DNA from: Balanoglossus misakiensis
Lineage: Eukaryota > Animalia > Hemichordata
Assembly: GCA_040954595.2 (NCBI GenBank)
Contig: CM082588.2
Location: 10,152,844-10,216,843 of the forward strand
Direction of reading: 5' to 3'
Length of the DNA stretch: 64,000 nt
Positions within the stretch are counted from its first letter, which is position 1, and every line of letters begins with the position of its first letter. The notes under the pieces are model-generated. The model was not told the DNA's origin, made no database searches, and saw only the letters and a program-made list of their open reading frames with translations. Position numbers and translations under genes: made by a program. Shown in pieces: positions 27,801 through 41,173 of the stretch.

Positions 27801-30800
27801 AAATCCCCAGGTTAATACATGGCCAAAAGCACTGTAATTTAAAATTGCTAATGCAATGGTGACATTGAATGTGATTCTTTGCATTAGGGGAAATGGCGTA
27901 GCAAGCCTAATGGTGCATCAGAGTAGATGGTGATGCAAGCTCTGCACTTTGACATAGGTATTTAATGCATATGCATGGGTATTTAACGTTGACTGTAAAT
28001 CCTCAGGTTAATACGTGGCCATAAGCACTGTAATTTGACATTGCTAATGCAACGATGATATTGAATCTGAGTCTTTGCATCAGGGTAAATGGCGATGCAA
28101 GCTTGATGATGCATCTCAGTAGATAGTGATGCAAACACTTCACTTTGACATGGGTATTTAATGCATGCGCATTGATATTTAAAGTTGACTCTAAATCCCG
28201 AGGTTAATACATGGCCAAAAGCACTGTAATTTAAAATTACTAATGCAAGGGTGACATTGAATATGGATAAATGGTGAAGCAAACGTGATGATGCATCAGG
28301 ATAGATGGTGTTCCAAGCCCTTCACATTGACTTTTGAATATAATGCATATGGGGATTTAATGTTGACTGTAAATCCTCAGGTTAATACGTGGCCATAAGC
28401 ACTGTAATTTGACATTGCTAATGCAACGATGATATTGAATCTGAGTCTTTGCATCAGGGTAAATGGCGATGCAAGCTTGATGATGCATCTCAGTAGATAG
28501 TGATGCAAACACTTCACTTTGACATGGGTATTTAATGCATGCGCATTGATATTTAAAGTTGACTCTAAATCCCGAGGTTAATACATGGCCAAAAGCACTG
28601 TAATTTAAAATTACTAATGCAAGGGTGACATTGAATATGGATAAATGGTGAAGCAAACGTGATGATGCATCAGGATAGATGGTGTTCCAAGCCCTTCACA
28701 TTGACTTTTGAATATAATGCATATGGGGATTTAAAGTTGATTGTAAATCCCTAGGTTAATAATGGCCAAAAGCACTTTTATTTGACATTGCTAATGCAAC
28801 GGTGACATTGAATCTGATTCTATGCATAAGGGTAAATGGCGATGCAGGCTTGATGATGCATCACGGTAGATAGTGATGCAAACAGTTCACTTTGACATGG
28901 GTATTAAATGCATATGGGGATTTCAAGTTGATTACAAATCCTTGGGTTAATACGCATCCAAAAGCACTGTAATTTGACATTGCTAATGAAATGGTGACAT
29001 TGAATGTAATTCTTTGCATTAGGGGAAATGGCTAAGCAAGCTTAATGATGCATTGGAGTAGATGGTGATGCAAGCTATGCATTTTGACATAGGTATTTAA
29101 TGCATGTGCATGGGTATTTAATGTTGACTGTAAATCCCTAGGTTAATACATGTCCAAAAGCACTGTAATTTAAAATTGCTAATGCAAGGGTGACATTGAA
29201 TCTGATTCTTTGCATCAGGGCAAATTCTGAAGAATGCTTGATGATGCACCAGGGTCAATGGTGATGCAATCACTAAACTTTGACACCGGGGTTTAAAATG
29301 TATACAGGGGGATTAAAAGTTGACTGTAAATCCCTGGGTTAATACAAGTCCAAAAGCACTTTAATTTGACATTGCTAATACAACGGTGACATTTAATCTG
29401 ATTCTTTGCATCAGGGAAAATGGCGAAGCAAGCTTAATAATGCATTGGAGTATATGGTGATGCAAGCTCTGCATTTTGACATAGGTATTAAATGTATATG
29501 CAAGGGTATTTAAAGTTGTCCGTACATCCCGAGGTTAATACGTGGCCATAGGCACTGTAATTTGACATTGCTAATGCTACCGTGATACTAAATCTGATTC
29601 TTTGCATCAGGGAAAATGGTGAAGCAAGCTTGATGATGCATCAGGATAGATGGTGTTTCAAGCCCTTCACATTGACATTAGAATATAATGCATATGGGGA
29701 TTTAAAGTTGATTGTAAATCCCCAGGTTAGTATACGGCCAAACGAACTGTAATTTGACATTGCTAATGCAAGGGTGACATTGAATCTGATTCTTTGCATT
29801 AGGGCAAATGGCGAAGCAAGCTTGATGATGCATCACGGTAGATATTGATGCAAACACTTCGCTTTGACATGGGTATAAAATTCATATGGGGATTTCAAGT
29901 TGATTATAAATCCCTGGGTTAATATGTGGCCGAAAGCACTTTTATTTGCCATTGCTAATGCTATGGTGACACTGATTATTTGCATCAGGGTTAATGGCGA
30001 AACAAACTTGATGATGCATCAGGGTAGATGGTTTTTCAAGCCCTTCACATTGACATTGGAATATAATGCATATGGGGATTTAAAGTTGACTGTAAATCGC
30101 CAGGTTAATACGTGGCCAAAAGCACAGTAATTTGACATTGCGAATGCAACAGTGACATTTAATGTGATTCTTTGCATTAGGGCAAATGGCGAAGCATGCT
30201 TGACGATGCATTACTGTAGATAGTGATGCAAACACTTCGCTTTGACATGGGTATAAAAAGCATATGGGGATTTCAAGTTGATTATAAATCCCGATGTTTA
30301 TACATGGCCAAAAGCACAGTAATTTGACATTGCTAATGCAATGGTGACATTGAATCTGATTCTTTGCATCAGCGTAAATGGCGAAGCATGCTTGATGATG
30401 CATCACAGTAGATAGTGATGCAAACACTTCGCTTAGACATGGGTATAAAAAGCATATAGGGATTTCAAGTAGATTATAAATCCCTGTGTTAATACGTGTC
30501 CAAAAGCACTGTAATTTGACATTGCTAATGCAATGTTGACACTATATCTGATTCTTTGCATCAGGGCAAATGGGGAAGCAGCTTGATGATGGATCAGGGT
30601 AGATGGTATTTCAAGCCCTTCACATTGACATTGGAATATAACGCATATGGGGATTTAAAGTTGATTGTAAATCCCCAGGTTGATACGTGGCCATAAGCAC
30701 TGTAGTTTGACATTGCTAATGCTACCGTGACATTAAATCTGATTCTTTCCATCGGGGTAAATTGTGAAGCAAGCTTGATGATGCATCAGGACAGATGGTG

Positions 30801-33800
30801 TTTCAAGCCCTTCACATTGACAATGGAATATAACGCATATGGGGATTTAAAGTTGATTGAAAATCCCTAGGTTAATACATGTCCAAAAGCACTGTAATTT
30901 AAAATTGCTAATGCAAGGGTGACATTGAATCTGATTCTTTGCATTAGGGGGAATGGCGATGCAAACCTAATGATGCATCAGAGTAGATGGTGATGCAAGC
31001 TCTGCACTTTGACATAGGTATTTAATGTATATGCATGGGTATTTAAAGTTGTCTGTAAATTCCCAGGTTAATACGTGGCAATAAGCACTGTAATTTGACA
31101 TTGCTAATGAAATGGTGACGCTGAATGTGATTTTTTGCATCAGGGTAAATTGTGAAGCAAGCTTGATGATGCATCAGGATAGATGGTGTTTCAAGCCCTT
31201 CACTTGACATTGGAATATAACGCATATGGGGATTTAAAGTTAATTGCAAATCCATAGGTTAATACATGGCCAAAAACACTGTAATTTAAAATTGCTAATG
31301 CAATGGTGACATTGAATGTGATTCTTTGCATTAGGGGAAATGGCGTAGCAAGCCTAATGGTGCATCAGAGTAAATGGTGATGCAAGCTCTGCACTTTGAC
31401 ATAGGTATTTAATGTATATGCATGGGTATTTAAAGTTGTCTGTAAATTCCCAGGTTAATACGTGGCAATAAGCACTGTAATTTGACATTGCTAATGAAAT
31501 GGTGACGCTGAATGTGATTTTTTGCATCAGGGTAAATTGTGAAGCAAGCTTGATGATGCATCAGGATAGATGGTGTTTCAAGCCCTTCACTTGACATTGG
31601 AATATAACGCATATGGGGATTTAAAGTTAATTGCAAATCCATAGGTTAATACATGGCCAAAAACACTGTAATTTAAAATTGCTAATGCAATGGTGACATT
31701 GAATGTGATTCTTTGCATTAGGGGAAATGGCGTAGCAAGCCTAATGGTGCATCAGAGTAAATGGTGATGCAAGCTCTGCACTTTGACATAGGTATTTAAT
31801 GGATATGCATGGGTATTTAATGTTGACTGTAAATCATCAGGTTAATACGTGGCCATAAGCACTGTAATTTGACATTGCTAATGCAACGGTGACATTGAAT
31901 CTGATTCTTTGCATAAGGGTGAATGGCGATGCAAGCTTGATGATGCATCACGGTAGATAGTGATGCAAACACTTCACTTTGACATGGGTATCAAATGCAT
32001 ATGGGGATTTGCTAATGCTACCATGACACTAAATCTGATTTTTTGCATCAGGGAAAATGGTGAAGCAAGCTTGATGATGCATCATGATAGATGGTGTTTC
32101 AAGCCCTTCACATTGACATTGGAATATAACGCATATGGGGATTTAAAGTTGATTGTAAATCCCCAGGTTGATACGTGGCCATAAGCACTGTAGTTTGACA
32201 TTGCTAATGCTACCGTGACATTAAATCTGATTCTTTCCATCGGGGTAAATTGTGAAGCAAGCTTGATGATGCATCAGGACAGATGGTGTTTCAAGCCCTT
32301 CACATTGACAATGGAATATAACGCATATGGGGATTTAAAGTTGATTGAAAATCCCTAGGTTAATACATGGCCAAAAGCACTGTAATTTACAATTGCAAAT
32401 GCAATGGTGACATTGAATGTCATTCTTTGCATTAGGGGAAATGGCGTAGCGAGCATAATGGTGCATCAGAGTAGATGGTGATGCAAGCTATGCATTGTGA
32501 CATAGGTATTTAATGCCTATGCATGGGTATTTAATGTTGACTGTAAATCCCCAGGTTAATACATGTCCAAAAGCACTGTAATTTTAAATTGCTAATGCAA
32601 GGGTGATATTGAATCTGATTCTTTGCATCAGGGCAAATTCTGAAGAATGCTTGATGATGCACCAGGGTCAATGATGATGCAATCACTAAACTTTGACACC
32701 GGGGTTTAAAATGTATACAGGGGGATTAAAAGTTGACTGTAAATCCCCAGGTTTCAAGCCCTTCACATTGACATTGGAATATAACGCATACGGGGATTTA
32801 AAGTTGATTATAAATCCCCAGGTTAATACATGGCCAAAAGCAATGGTGACATTGAATGTGATTCTTTGCATTAGGGGAAATGGCGTAGCAAGCCTAATGG
32901 TGCATCAGAGTAGATGGTGATGCAAGCTCTGCATTTTGACATAGGTATTAAATGTATATGCAAGGGTATTTAAAGTTGTCCGTACATCCCGAGGTTAATA
33001 CGTGGCCATAGGCACTGTAATTTGACATTGCTAATGCTACCGTGATACTAAATCTGATTCTTTGCATCAGGGAAAATGGTGAAGCAAGCTTGATGATGCA
33101 TCAGGATAGATGGTGTTTCAAGCCCTTCACATTGACATTAGAATATAATGCATATGGGGATTTAAAGTTGATTGTAAATCCCCAGGTTAGTAAACGGCCA
33201 AACGAACTGTAATTTGACATTGCTAATGCTACAGTGACATTGAATCTGATTCTTTGCATTAGGGCAAATGGCGAAGCAAGCTTGATGATGCATCACGGTA
33301 GATATTGATGCAAGCACTTCGCTTTGACATAGGTATAAAATTCATATGGGGATTTCAAGTTGATTATAAATCCCTGGGTTAATATGTGGCCGAAAGCACG
33401 TTTATTTGCCATTGCTAATGCTATGGTGACACTGATTATTTGCATCAGGGTTAATGGCGAAACAAACTTGATGATGCATCAGGGTAGATGGTTTTTCAAG
33501 CCCTTCACATTGACATTGGAATATAATGCATATGGGGATTTAAAGTTGACTGTAAATCGCCAGGTTAATACGTGGCCAAAAGCACAGTAATTTGACATTG
33601 CGAATGCAACAGTGACATTTAATGTGATTCTTTGCATTAGGGCAAATGGCGAAGCATGCTTGACGATGCATTACTGTAGATAGTGATGCAAACACTTCGC
33701 TTTGACATGGGTATAAAAAGCATATGGGGATTTCAAGTTGATAATAAATCCCGATGTTTATACATGGCCAAAAGCACTGTAATTTGACATTGCTAATGCA

Positions 33801-36430
33801 ATGGTGACATTGAATCTGATTCTTTGCATCAGCGTAAATGGCGAAGCATGCTTGATGATGCATCACAGTAGATAGTGATGCAAACACTTCGCTTAGACAT
33901 GGGTATAAAAAGCATATAGGGATTTCAAGTAGATTATAAATCCCTGTGTTAATACGTGTCCAAAAGCACTGTAATTTGACATTGCTAATGCCATGTTGAC
34001 ATTATATCTGATTCTTTGCATCAGGGCAAATGGGGAAGCAGCTTGATGATGGATCAGGGTAGATGGTATTTCAAGCCCTTCACATTGACATTGGAATATA
34101 ACGCATATGGGGATTTAAAGTTGATTGTAAATCCCCAGGTTAATACGTGGCCATAATCACTGTAATTTGACATTGCTAATGAAATGGTGACGCTGAATGT
34201 GATTTTTTTGCATCAGGGTAAATTGTGAAGCAAGCTTGATGATGCATCAGGATAGATGGTGTTTCAAGCCCTTCACTTGACATTGGAATATAACGCATAT
34301 GGGGATTTAAAGTTAATTGCAAATCCCTAGGTTAATACATGGCCAAAAACACTGTAATTTAAAATTGCTAATGCAATGGTGACATTGAATGTGATTCTTT
34401 GCATCAGGGCAAATGGCGAAGCAGCTTGATGATGCATCAGGATAGATGGTGATGCAAGCTCTGCACTTTGACATAGGTATTTAATGCATATGCATTGGTA
34501 TTTAAAGTTGTCTGTAAATTCCCAGGTTAATACGTGGCCATAAGCACTGTAATTTGACATTGCTAATGCAACGATGATATTGAATCTGATTCTTTGCATC
34601 AGGGTAAATGGCGATGCAAGCTTGATGATGCATCACGGTAGATAGGGATGCAAACACTTCACTTTGACGTGGGTGTTAAATGCATATGGGGATTTGCTAA
34701 TGCTACCGTGACACTAAATCTGATTCTTTGCATCAGGGAAAATGGTGAAGCAAGCTTGATGATGCATCAGGATAGATGGTGTTTCAAGCCCTTCACATTG
34801 ACATTAGAATATAATGCATATGGGGATTTAAAGTTGATTGTAAATCCCCAGGTTAGTATACGGCCAAACGAACTGTAATTTGACATTGCTAATGCTACAG
34901 TGACATTGAATCTGATTCTTTGCATTAGGGCAAATGGCGAAGCAAGCTTGATGATGCATCACGGTAGATATTGATGCAAGCACTTCGCTTTGACATGGGT
35001 ATAAAATTCATATGGGGATTTCAAGTTGATTATAAATCCCTGGGTTAATATGTGGCCGAAAACACTTTTATTTGCCATTGCTAATGCTATGGCGACACTA
35101 AATCTGATTCTTTGCATCAGGGTAAATTGTAAAGAAAGCTTGATGATGCATCAGTATAGATGGTGTTTCAAGCCGTTCAAGTTAACATTGCAATATAATG
35201 CATATGGGGATTTAAAGTTGATTGTAAACCCCCAAGTTAATACATGGCCAAACGCTCAGTAAATTGACATTGCTAATGCTATGGTGACACTGATTATTTG
35301 CATCAGGGTTAATGGCGAAACAAACTTGATGATGCATCAGGGTAGATGGTATTTCAAGCCCTTCACATTGACATTGGCATATAATGCATATGGGGATTTA
35401 AAGTTGAGTGTAAATCCCTAGGTTAATACATAGCCAAAAGCACTGTAATTTGACATGGCTAATGCTACTGTGATACTAAATCTGATTCTTTGCACCAGGG
35501 CATATAACGAAGCATGCTTGATGATGCATCAGGATCAATGGTGATGGAGACACTGCACTTTGACATGTGTATTTAATGCATATGCACTGATGTTTAAAGT
35601 TGACTGTAAATCGCCAGGTTAATATGTGGCCAAAAGCACAGTAATTTGACATTGCGAATGCAATGGTGACATTGAATCTGATTCTTTGCATTACGGCAAA
35701 TGGCGAAGCATGCTTGACGATGCATTACTGTAGATAGTGATGCAAACACTTCGCTTTGACATGGGTATAAAAAGCATATGGGGATTTCAAGTTGATTATA
35801 AATCCCGATGTTAATACATGGCCAAAAGCAGTGTAATTTGACATTGCTAATGCAATGGTGACACTATATCTGATTCTTTGCATCAGGGCAAATGGCGAAG
35901 CAGCTTGATGATGCATCAGGATAGATGGTGATGCAAGCTCTGCACTTTGACATGGGTATAAAATGCTTGCTGAGGGGGATTTAAAGTTGTCGAAACAAAC
36001 TTGATGATGCATCAGGGTAGATGGTATTTCAAGCCCTTCACATTGACATTGGAATATAGTGCATATGGGGATTTAAAGTTGATTGTAAATCCCCAGGTTA
36101 ATACCTGGCCAAAAGCACTGTAATTTGACATTGCTAATGCAATGGTGACACTATATCTGATTCTTTGCATCAGGGCAAATGGCGAAGCAGCTTGATGATG
36201 CATCAGGATAGATGGTGATGCAAGCTCTGCACTTTGACATGGGTATAAAATGCTTGCTGAAGGGGATTTAAAGTTGTCGAAACAAACTTGATGATGCATC
36301 AGGGTAGATGGTATTTCAAGCCCTTCACATTGACATTGGAATATGGTGCATATGTGGATTTAAAGTTGATTGTAAATCCCCAGGTTAATACGTGGCCAAA
36401 AGCACTGTAATTTGACATTTCTAATGATGG
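21865..36430. repeat. Tandem satellite DNA, 191/196-bp monomers (~75-80 copies) with patchwork higher-order repeats
   Basis: GGTTAATAC...AAGCACTGTAATTTGACATTGCTAATG...GCAAGCTTGATGATGCATC, with its TTAATAC anchor at 21931, 22127, 22318, 22514 and onward. Identical or near-identical spurious ORFs at 27983/28357, 24857/31043/31430, 29900/33360 and 25768/35026 reveal block duplications. Confidence 0.97.
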
Positions 36431-36564
36431 TGAGATGTTGTTTGCTCCCCAGGGAGTTGAATGGAATAGTAAGGTCCAACGACCTAGGTCAAATTACCAT
36501 GGGACAACTTTAAAGCATGTTGAGATTTAATGTGCTACATAAGTTATAAATATTATATTAATAT

Positions 36565-37200
36565 TTAGGGGTTATTACACGAATTTTGGTCGATAACGCG
36601 TCGTATTCGAGTGATGTCCGTATTTTGATGAGTTGCGCTTCGCAACGAGTCAAAATACAGACATCACGAGAATGCGTCGCGTTATCGACCAAAATTCGTG
36701 TAATAACCTCTTTATCATACATGCCTACCTATAAAACAGTACGATTTGCAGAAATGCGCCGAGAAAAATAATTTCAAATTTGAACCGGGCGCTGGGATCA
36801 CGGCAGTAGCCATGTTGTGACGTATGACGTGTGGGCCGTAGTATCATTTTAAGGGGGTTGGCAGCTTTCATTACGATGGGCACATCCACATTCTAAATAA
36901 AATTGTCTACGTTCTCTTTCAAAATATCATGTTAACAATTATTTTGCATTGAGAATTTCGAAGAACTAAAACTGATGCATTCAACATGACAAAACCGCCA
37001 GCTTTGAAAACTTTATTACAGCTTCTAATAACCGAATTTTACAACACCCCTCTCCACTATGCCCCGTGTGTCGCTCGCGCGCGCAGTGAACTGTCACGCC
37101 GAGACGTGGACGCGATATTTTCACATTGTGAAATACCGTAAAATATCTTCGGGGCGAGAACAATAGAAAGTGTTAAATACAGGCGTTGCATGTATGATAA
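36565..37200. mobile_element. Non-autonomous hairpin element without target-site duplication (Crypton-like, tentative)
   Basis: ~140-bp imperfect palindrome at 36570-36708, adjacent to a segment bounded by TTATCATACATGC (36712) and GCATGTATGATAA (37200). The empty site ATTAATAT/TATTACATAA is intact at ~39196-39213 and ~53125-53142. Confidence 0.75.
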
Positions 37201-38160
37201 TATTACATAAACAACACTCTTACTTAGCTAAGGAAGTGGTCAGGTGAAATATATTTGCAGAGCTGACCAATTCTTTAAGGAAAATTAAAGTTGGGTATTT
37301 TGGATGTATTCATACCTACAAACTGTGTTATGTATGGGACGTTGATGTTGCCTAATACGTCTCCACATTAACTTGAATTATTAACAGCAGCTATACAAGG
37401 CAGCGTATGGAAAGATCATTGTAAGACATACACAACACTTTTATGGAGCATGGGAAATGTTCATGAGAACTGTGTTCTCGGAGCTCAAAACTGTGTTATG
37501 AGAAATTCAAGCTGCTAAACTTGCGTGTCTCTAAATTTACTGAAACCGTGATAATGAGCAAAAGAAGGCAACGTATAGGAATGCCATTCTACCACATACT
37601 GTTACTCAACACTTCTATTAAGCATGGGAAATAGTATTGAGAACAGTATTCTCAAAGTTGACAAACTGTGTTATGTGTAGAATATCCAAATTGCCTAATT
37701 GGCAATCGTTAGCAACCAGTTGTCTTCAAGAGGGTTTGGGGCACCAACCTCAACATGCTTTAAGTCTTTAGTGATCTAGCAAGTTAGCCTGCATATCGAG
37801 CAACTGTTAATGGAGTGAGTTGCTCAATGATAGGAAACTCCTTTGTTCATTTTCAAAATAAAAACCAAAAATGTGAACAAAACACACTGAATTATGTATG
37901 GGATATATGGGATTGCCTAATTTGCGTGTCTCCACATTTACTTAAACTCTCACAGGGAGACAAATGTCACAGCAGACGGAAAAATGATTATGCCACACAC
38001 AGCACTTTTATTTAGCACGGGAACTGGTCTTGGGAAATGGGAGCTGACACACTGAATTTTTGGAAATTCAAAGAGCCTAATATGCATGTTTCCATATTTG
38101 CTTAAACCCTGACTGAGAGCTGAACAAGGCACTAAATGGAAAGGTCATTGTGCCACATAA
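37201..38160. repeat. Degenerate ~177-bp repeat family, also at ~39200-39700, 53130-53800 and 57240-57530
   Basis: Recurring ACACAACACTTTTATT-AGCATGGGAAAT...GAGAAC...GAGCTGACAAACTGTGTTATG motifs. Confidence 0.7.
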
Positions 38161-38161
38161 A

Positions 38162-38492
38162 GTCATAGTCCAGTCGTTAGAGCATCAGACCCATAATCAA
38201 AGAATCAAGGGTTTGATCCCTGGCATGGTTGTGGTGTTGTGGTGTTTACATCTCCTTGCCTCTCCCCGCCCATAAGAAAAGGTAATTTGGTGGATCCGAT
38301 ATTGTAATGAGTATGTTTAGGTCTGCTGTGCTGATATAAAAGCTGCACATGTGAGCTGTTGTTTGCTCCCCATGGAGTGGGATGGAATATTTTAGGTCCA
38401 CCGACCTAGGTCAAATTACCATGGGAAACACTTTGAAGCAGCACATTGAGATTTATTGTGTAATGTGCTATATAAGTAATAAATATTATATT
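38162..38492 (+). mobile_element. tRNA-derived SINE (CORE-like) with L2-like 3' tail
   Basis: A-box-like TAGTCCAGT(C/G)G, B-box-like GGTTTGATCCC and tail GTGCTATATAAGTAATAAATATTATATT. The paralog at 56229 retains the CORE-like GTGTCCTCTGGCAAGGCAATTTAC. Confidence 0.78.
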
Positions 38493-38575
38493 GATATCAT
38501 TACATAAACAACACTCTTACTTAGCAAAGGAAGTGGTCAGGTGAACTATATTCGCAGAGCTGACCAATTGTTTAA

Positions 38576-38906
38576 AGGGGCAAAGTCTCTCTTTCGCCAC
38601 CATTGTTCAATTAAGTTTGATACATGAACCCATTTATGTTATTCTACATGTGGCTATATAGTGAATCAACATTCAACCAACAACTTTCATCCCGTTTGTA
38701 GAATCTGAGAGTAAAAATCTCGCAAAAATGAATAAATGGTAAACACCGATTATTCATTTTGGCGAGTTTTTTCATTCTTGTGTGTACAAGTGGGGTGGAA
38801 GTTGTGTTTGGTCGAACATTGATTCACTATACAGCCAACATAAACGATGTCTTGTATCAAACATAATTAATGGTAAAAAGGGCAGCGAGAGAGACACTTT
38901 GTCCCT
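38576..38906. mobile_element. Palindromic Kolobok-type MITE (331 bp), TTAA target-site duplication
   Basis: TTAA(38572-75)-AGGGGCAAAGTCTCTCT...GAGACACTTTGTCCCT-TTAA(38907-10). The whole element is an imperfect inverted repeat. An empty site CAATTCTTTAAGGAAAATT is at ~37268. Confidence 0.92.
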
Positions 38907-38966
38907 TTAAGTAAAATTCAAGTTGTGTAATGTGGACATATTCACATTTACAAACTGTTTTATAGT

Positions 38967-40666
38967 CACATGGGGATTAAATGCATATGCATGTGTATTT
39001 AAAGTTAACTGTAAATCCCCAGGTTAATACGTGGCCAAAAGCACTGTAATTTGACATTTCTAAAGATGGTGAGATGTTGTTTGCTCCCCAGGGAGTTGAA
39101 TGGAATATTTATGTCCAACGACCTAAATCAAATGACCATGGGACAACTTTAAAGCACATTGAGATTTAATGTGCTACATACGTTATAAATATTATATTAA
39201 TATTATTACATAAAAAACACTCTTGCTTAGCAAAGGAAGTGGTCAGGTGAAAAATATTTGCACAGCTGACCAATTATTTAAGGAATATTAAAGTTGGGTA
39301 ATTTGGACGTATTCATACGGGTGTTGGTCAATGGAAAGTCCTTTGTTCATTTTCAAAATGGCAACCAAAAATGCGAACAAAACACACTGAATTCTGTACG
39401 GGATATTGATGTTGCCTAATTTGCGTGTTTCCACATTTACTTAAACTCTCACACGGAGACAAATGTCACAGCAAACGGAAAAATGACTATGCTACACACA
39501 ACACTTTTATTGATCATGGGAAATGTTCATGAGAATTGTGTTATGGTACTTTCCGGGGCTCACGAACTGTGTTATGGGAAATCTGACAAGGAATCTAAAC
39601 TGTACCACATACACAACACTTTTATTAAGCGTGGGACATGGTCCTGAGAACAATATTCTCAGAGCTGACAAACTGTGTTATGTGAAATTCATGTTGCCTA
39701 TTTCATGATAATGGCTTGTGGTACACAAGGGTTAACAGCAATCAGCAATTGCTTGTATGATAGGTATGATGATCGATTTATAAATTTCAATGGTATAATA
39801 ATGGGCAACACATGTGGAAGTGTTTAATAAACAGTTAACTAATGTGGTGATGGTTTGTGGTAAAATTGAGGGTACACAGATTATAATGGGCCAAAACAAT
39901 GAATATAATAGAGGTTGATGATGGTGAAGGGTTTCATATGAATGGTGTAATAAAGGTTAACAAATGTGGTGATAGCTTTGGTGTACAGGGCTGTTGATAT
40001 ATTTAGTAATGACAAAGGTATAATAATGATAAAAGCTTAAATAAGTGTTGGGGCACAATCTTCACGATGGTTCATTCATTGGTTAATGTGTATATTTTAT
40101 TAATATCATGCTATTGTTTATCAGTTAGATCATAATCAGGATTTTTCCATGCACATCGTCACCATGATTCAGCGGAATTCTTCTGAATAGTACCTGTGAT
40201 CATTTTTCCGCACCGACGCATTGTACGCGACAGACATGCAGAAAATATTAACATGTAACTCACAGGCATAATGTTAAATCTAAACGACTGTACGTTAGGT
40301 TAGCTTTACCTCCCCACCCCATCCAAATTCCAAATTTAGCTTGCCATGCAGTTTTCGGGTAGTACCAATTCGGAAACTTTCATGGTTCATTCATCGAACC
40401 AAATATTGGATTTGACACACTGTGCCATGGGTGGGTAAAGCATGGTGAAATGTTGGCGGTAAACTTTAACCAGGCAGGTCACATGAAATGAAGATATTAT
40501 CCTTTGAGTTTGATGACATACATGATAAGATATGTCAGTTTTGACACCTTTTTGCAGACATAGATGCTGATGTATTTTTTCCATTGGACACAGTAGTCAA
40601 AGTCCAGTCTGTGTTTAAAATGATACCCTGGTCACACACAGTGAGAAATATCAGCCTTTGACTTAA
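38967..40666. repeat. Segmental duplication (paralog at ~52900-54763; its first ~520 bp also at 56999-57527)
   Basis: Colinear and highly similar by eye, from the satellite end through the SINE tail to GCCT(T/C)TGACTTAA. Confidence 0.92.
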
Positions 40667-40958
40667 AGGGACAAAGTCTCTCTCTTTTTGCCTTTTTTCC
40701 ATTACTTTTGATTCATTCAAAACACTGTGTATGTTATTTTAAATGTTGATATATAGTGAATCAACGTTCGACCACACACAAGTTCCATCCCGCTTGTAGA
40801 CACGAGAGTAAAAAAATCACCAAAATGAATAATCGTTCTTTACCATTTATTCGAGCGCGGACGCGGGCCGGGCTTCGATCATTACCAATGTGCGCATGTG
40901 CAAGGGTATATACACAAAATGAAACGTCATACATATAATTATAGCTGTAGCGACAGTC

Positions 40959-41173
40959 ATGGCGGATGCTTTGGCGTCTGTTCCCAGTAGCAGTGGTAAA
41001 CGTAAACGTGCTCGTGGCCGCCCACAAACCACTGCTTCGGCAAAAAAACGTAAACAATTGCTGAAACAAGTAGGTCAGATAAACATTTTCTCGGAAATTC
41101 ATCGTTGGAATGAAATCAAACGCTCCTTGGTATTGGAAACGAACCGCCAGGTCGCAAAGGTACTGATCGACCG
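40959..41173 (+). CDS. Transposase exon 1 (basic, NLS-like stretch, RGRP motif)
   Basis: GTCATGGCG start context. Encodes MADALASVPSSSGKRKRARGRP...VAKVLIDR, followed by donor GTAAGT at 41174. Confidence 0.75.

Noticed and set aside
21866-36299. Many MHHQAC-type ORFs on both strands
   Set aside because: Chance open frames in the 191/196-bp satellite; no consistent frame is maintained.
38162-38225. tRNA-like sequence (also at 56229-56290)
   Set aside because: It has degenerate A/B boxes without a full cloverleaf and continues into a SINE body and tail, so it is a SINE head rather than a tRNA gene.
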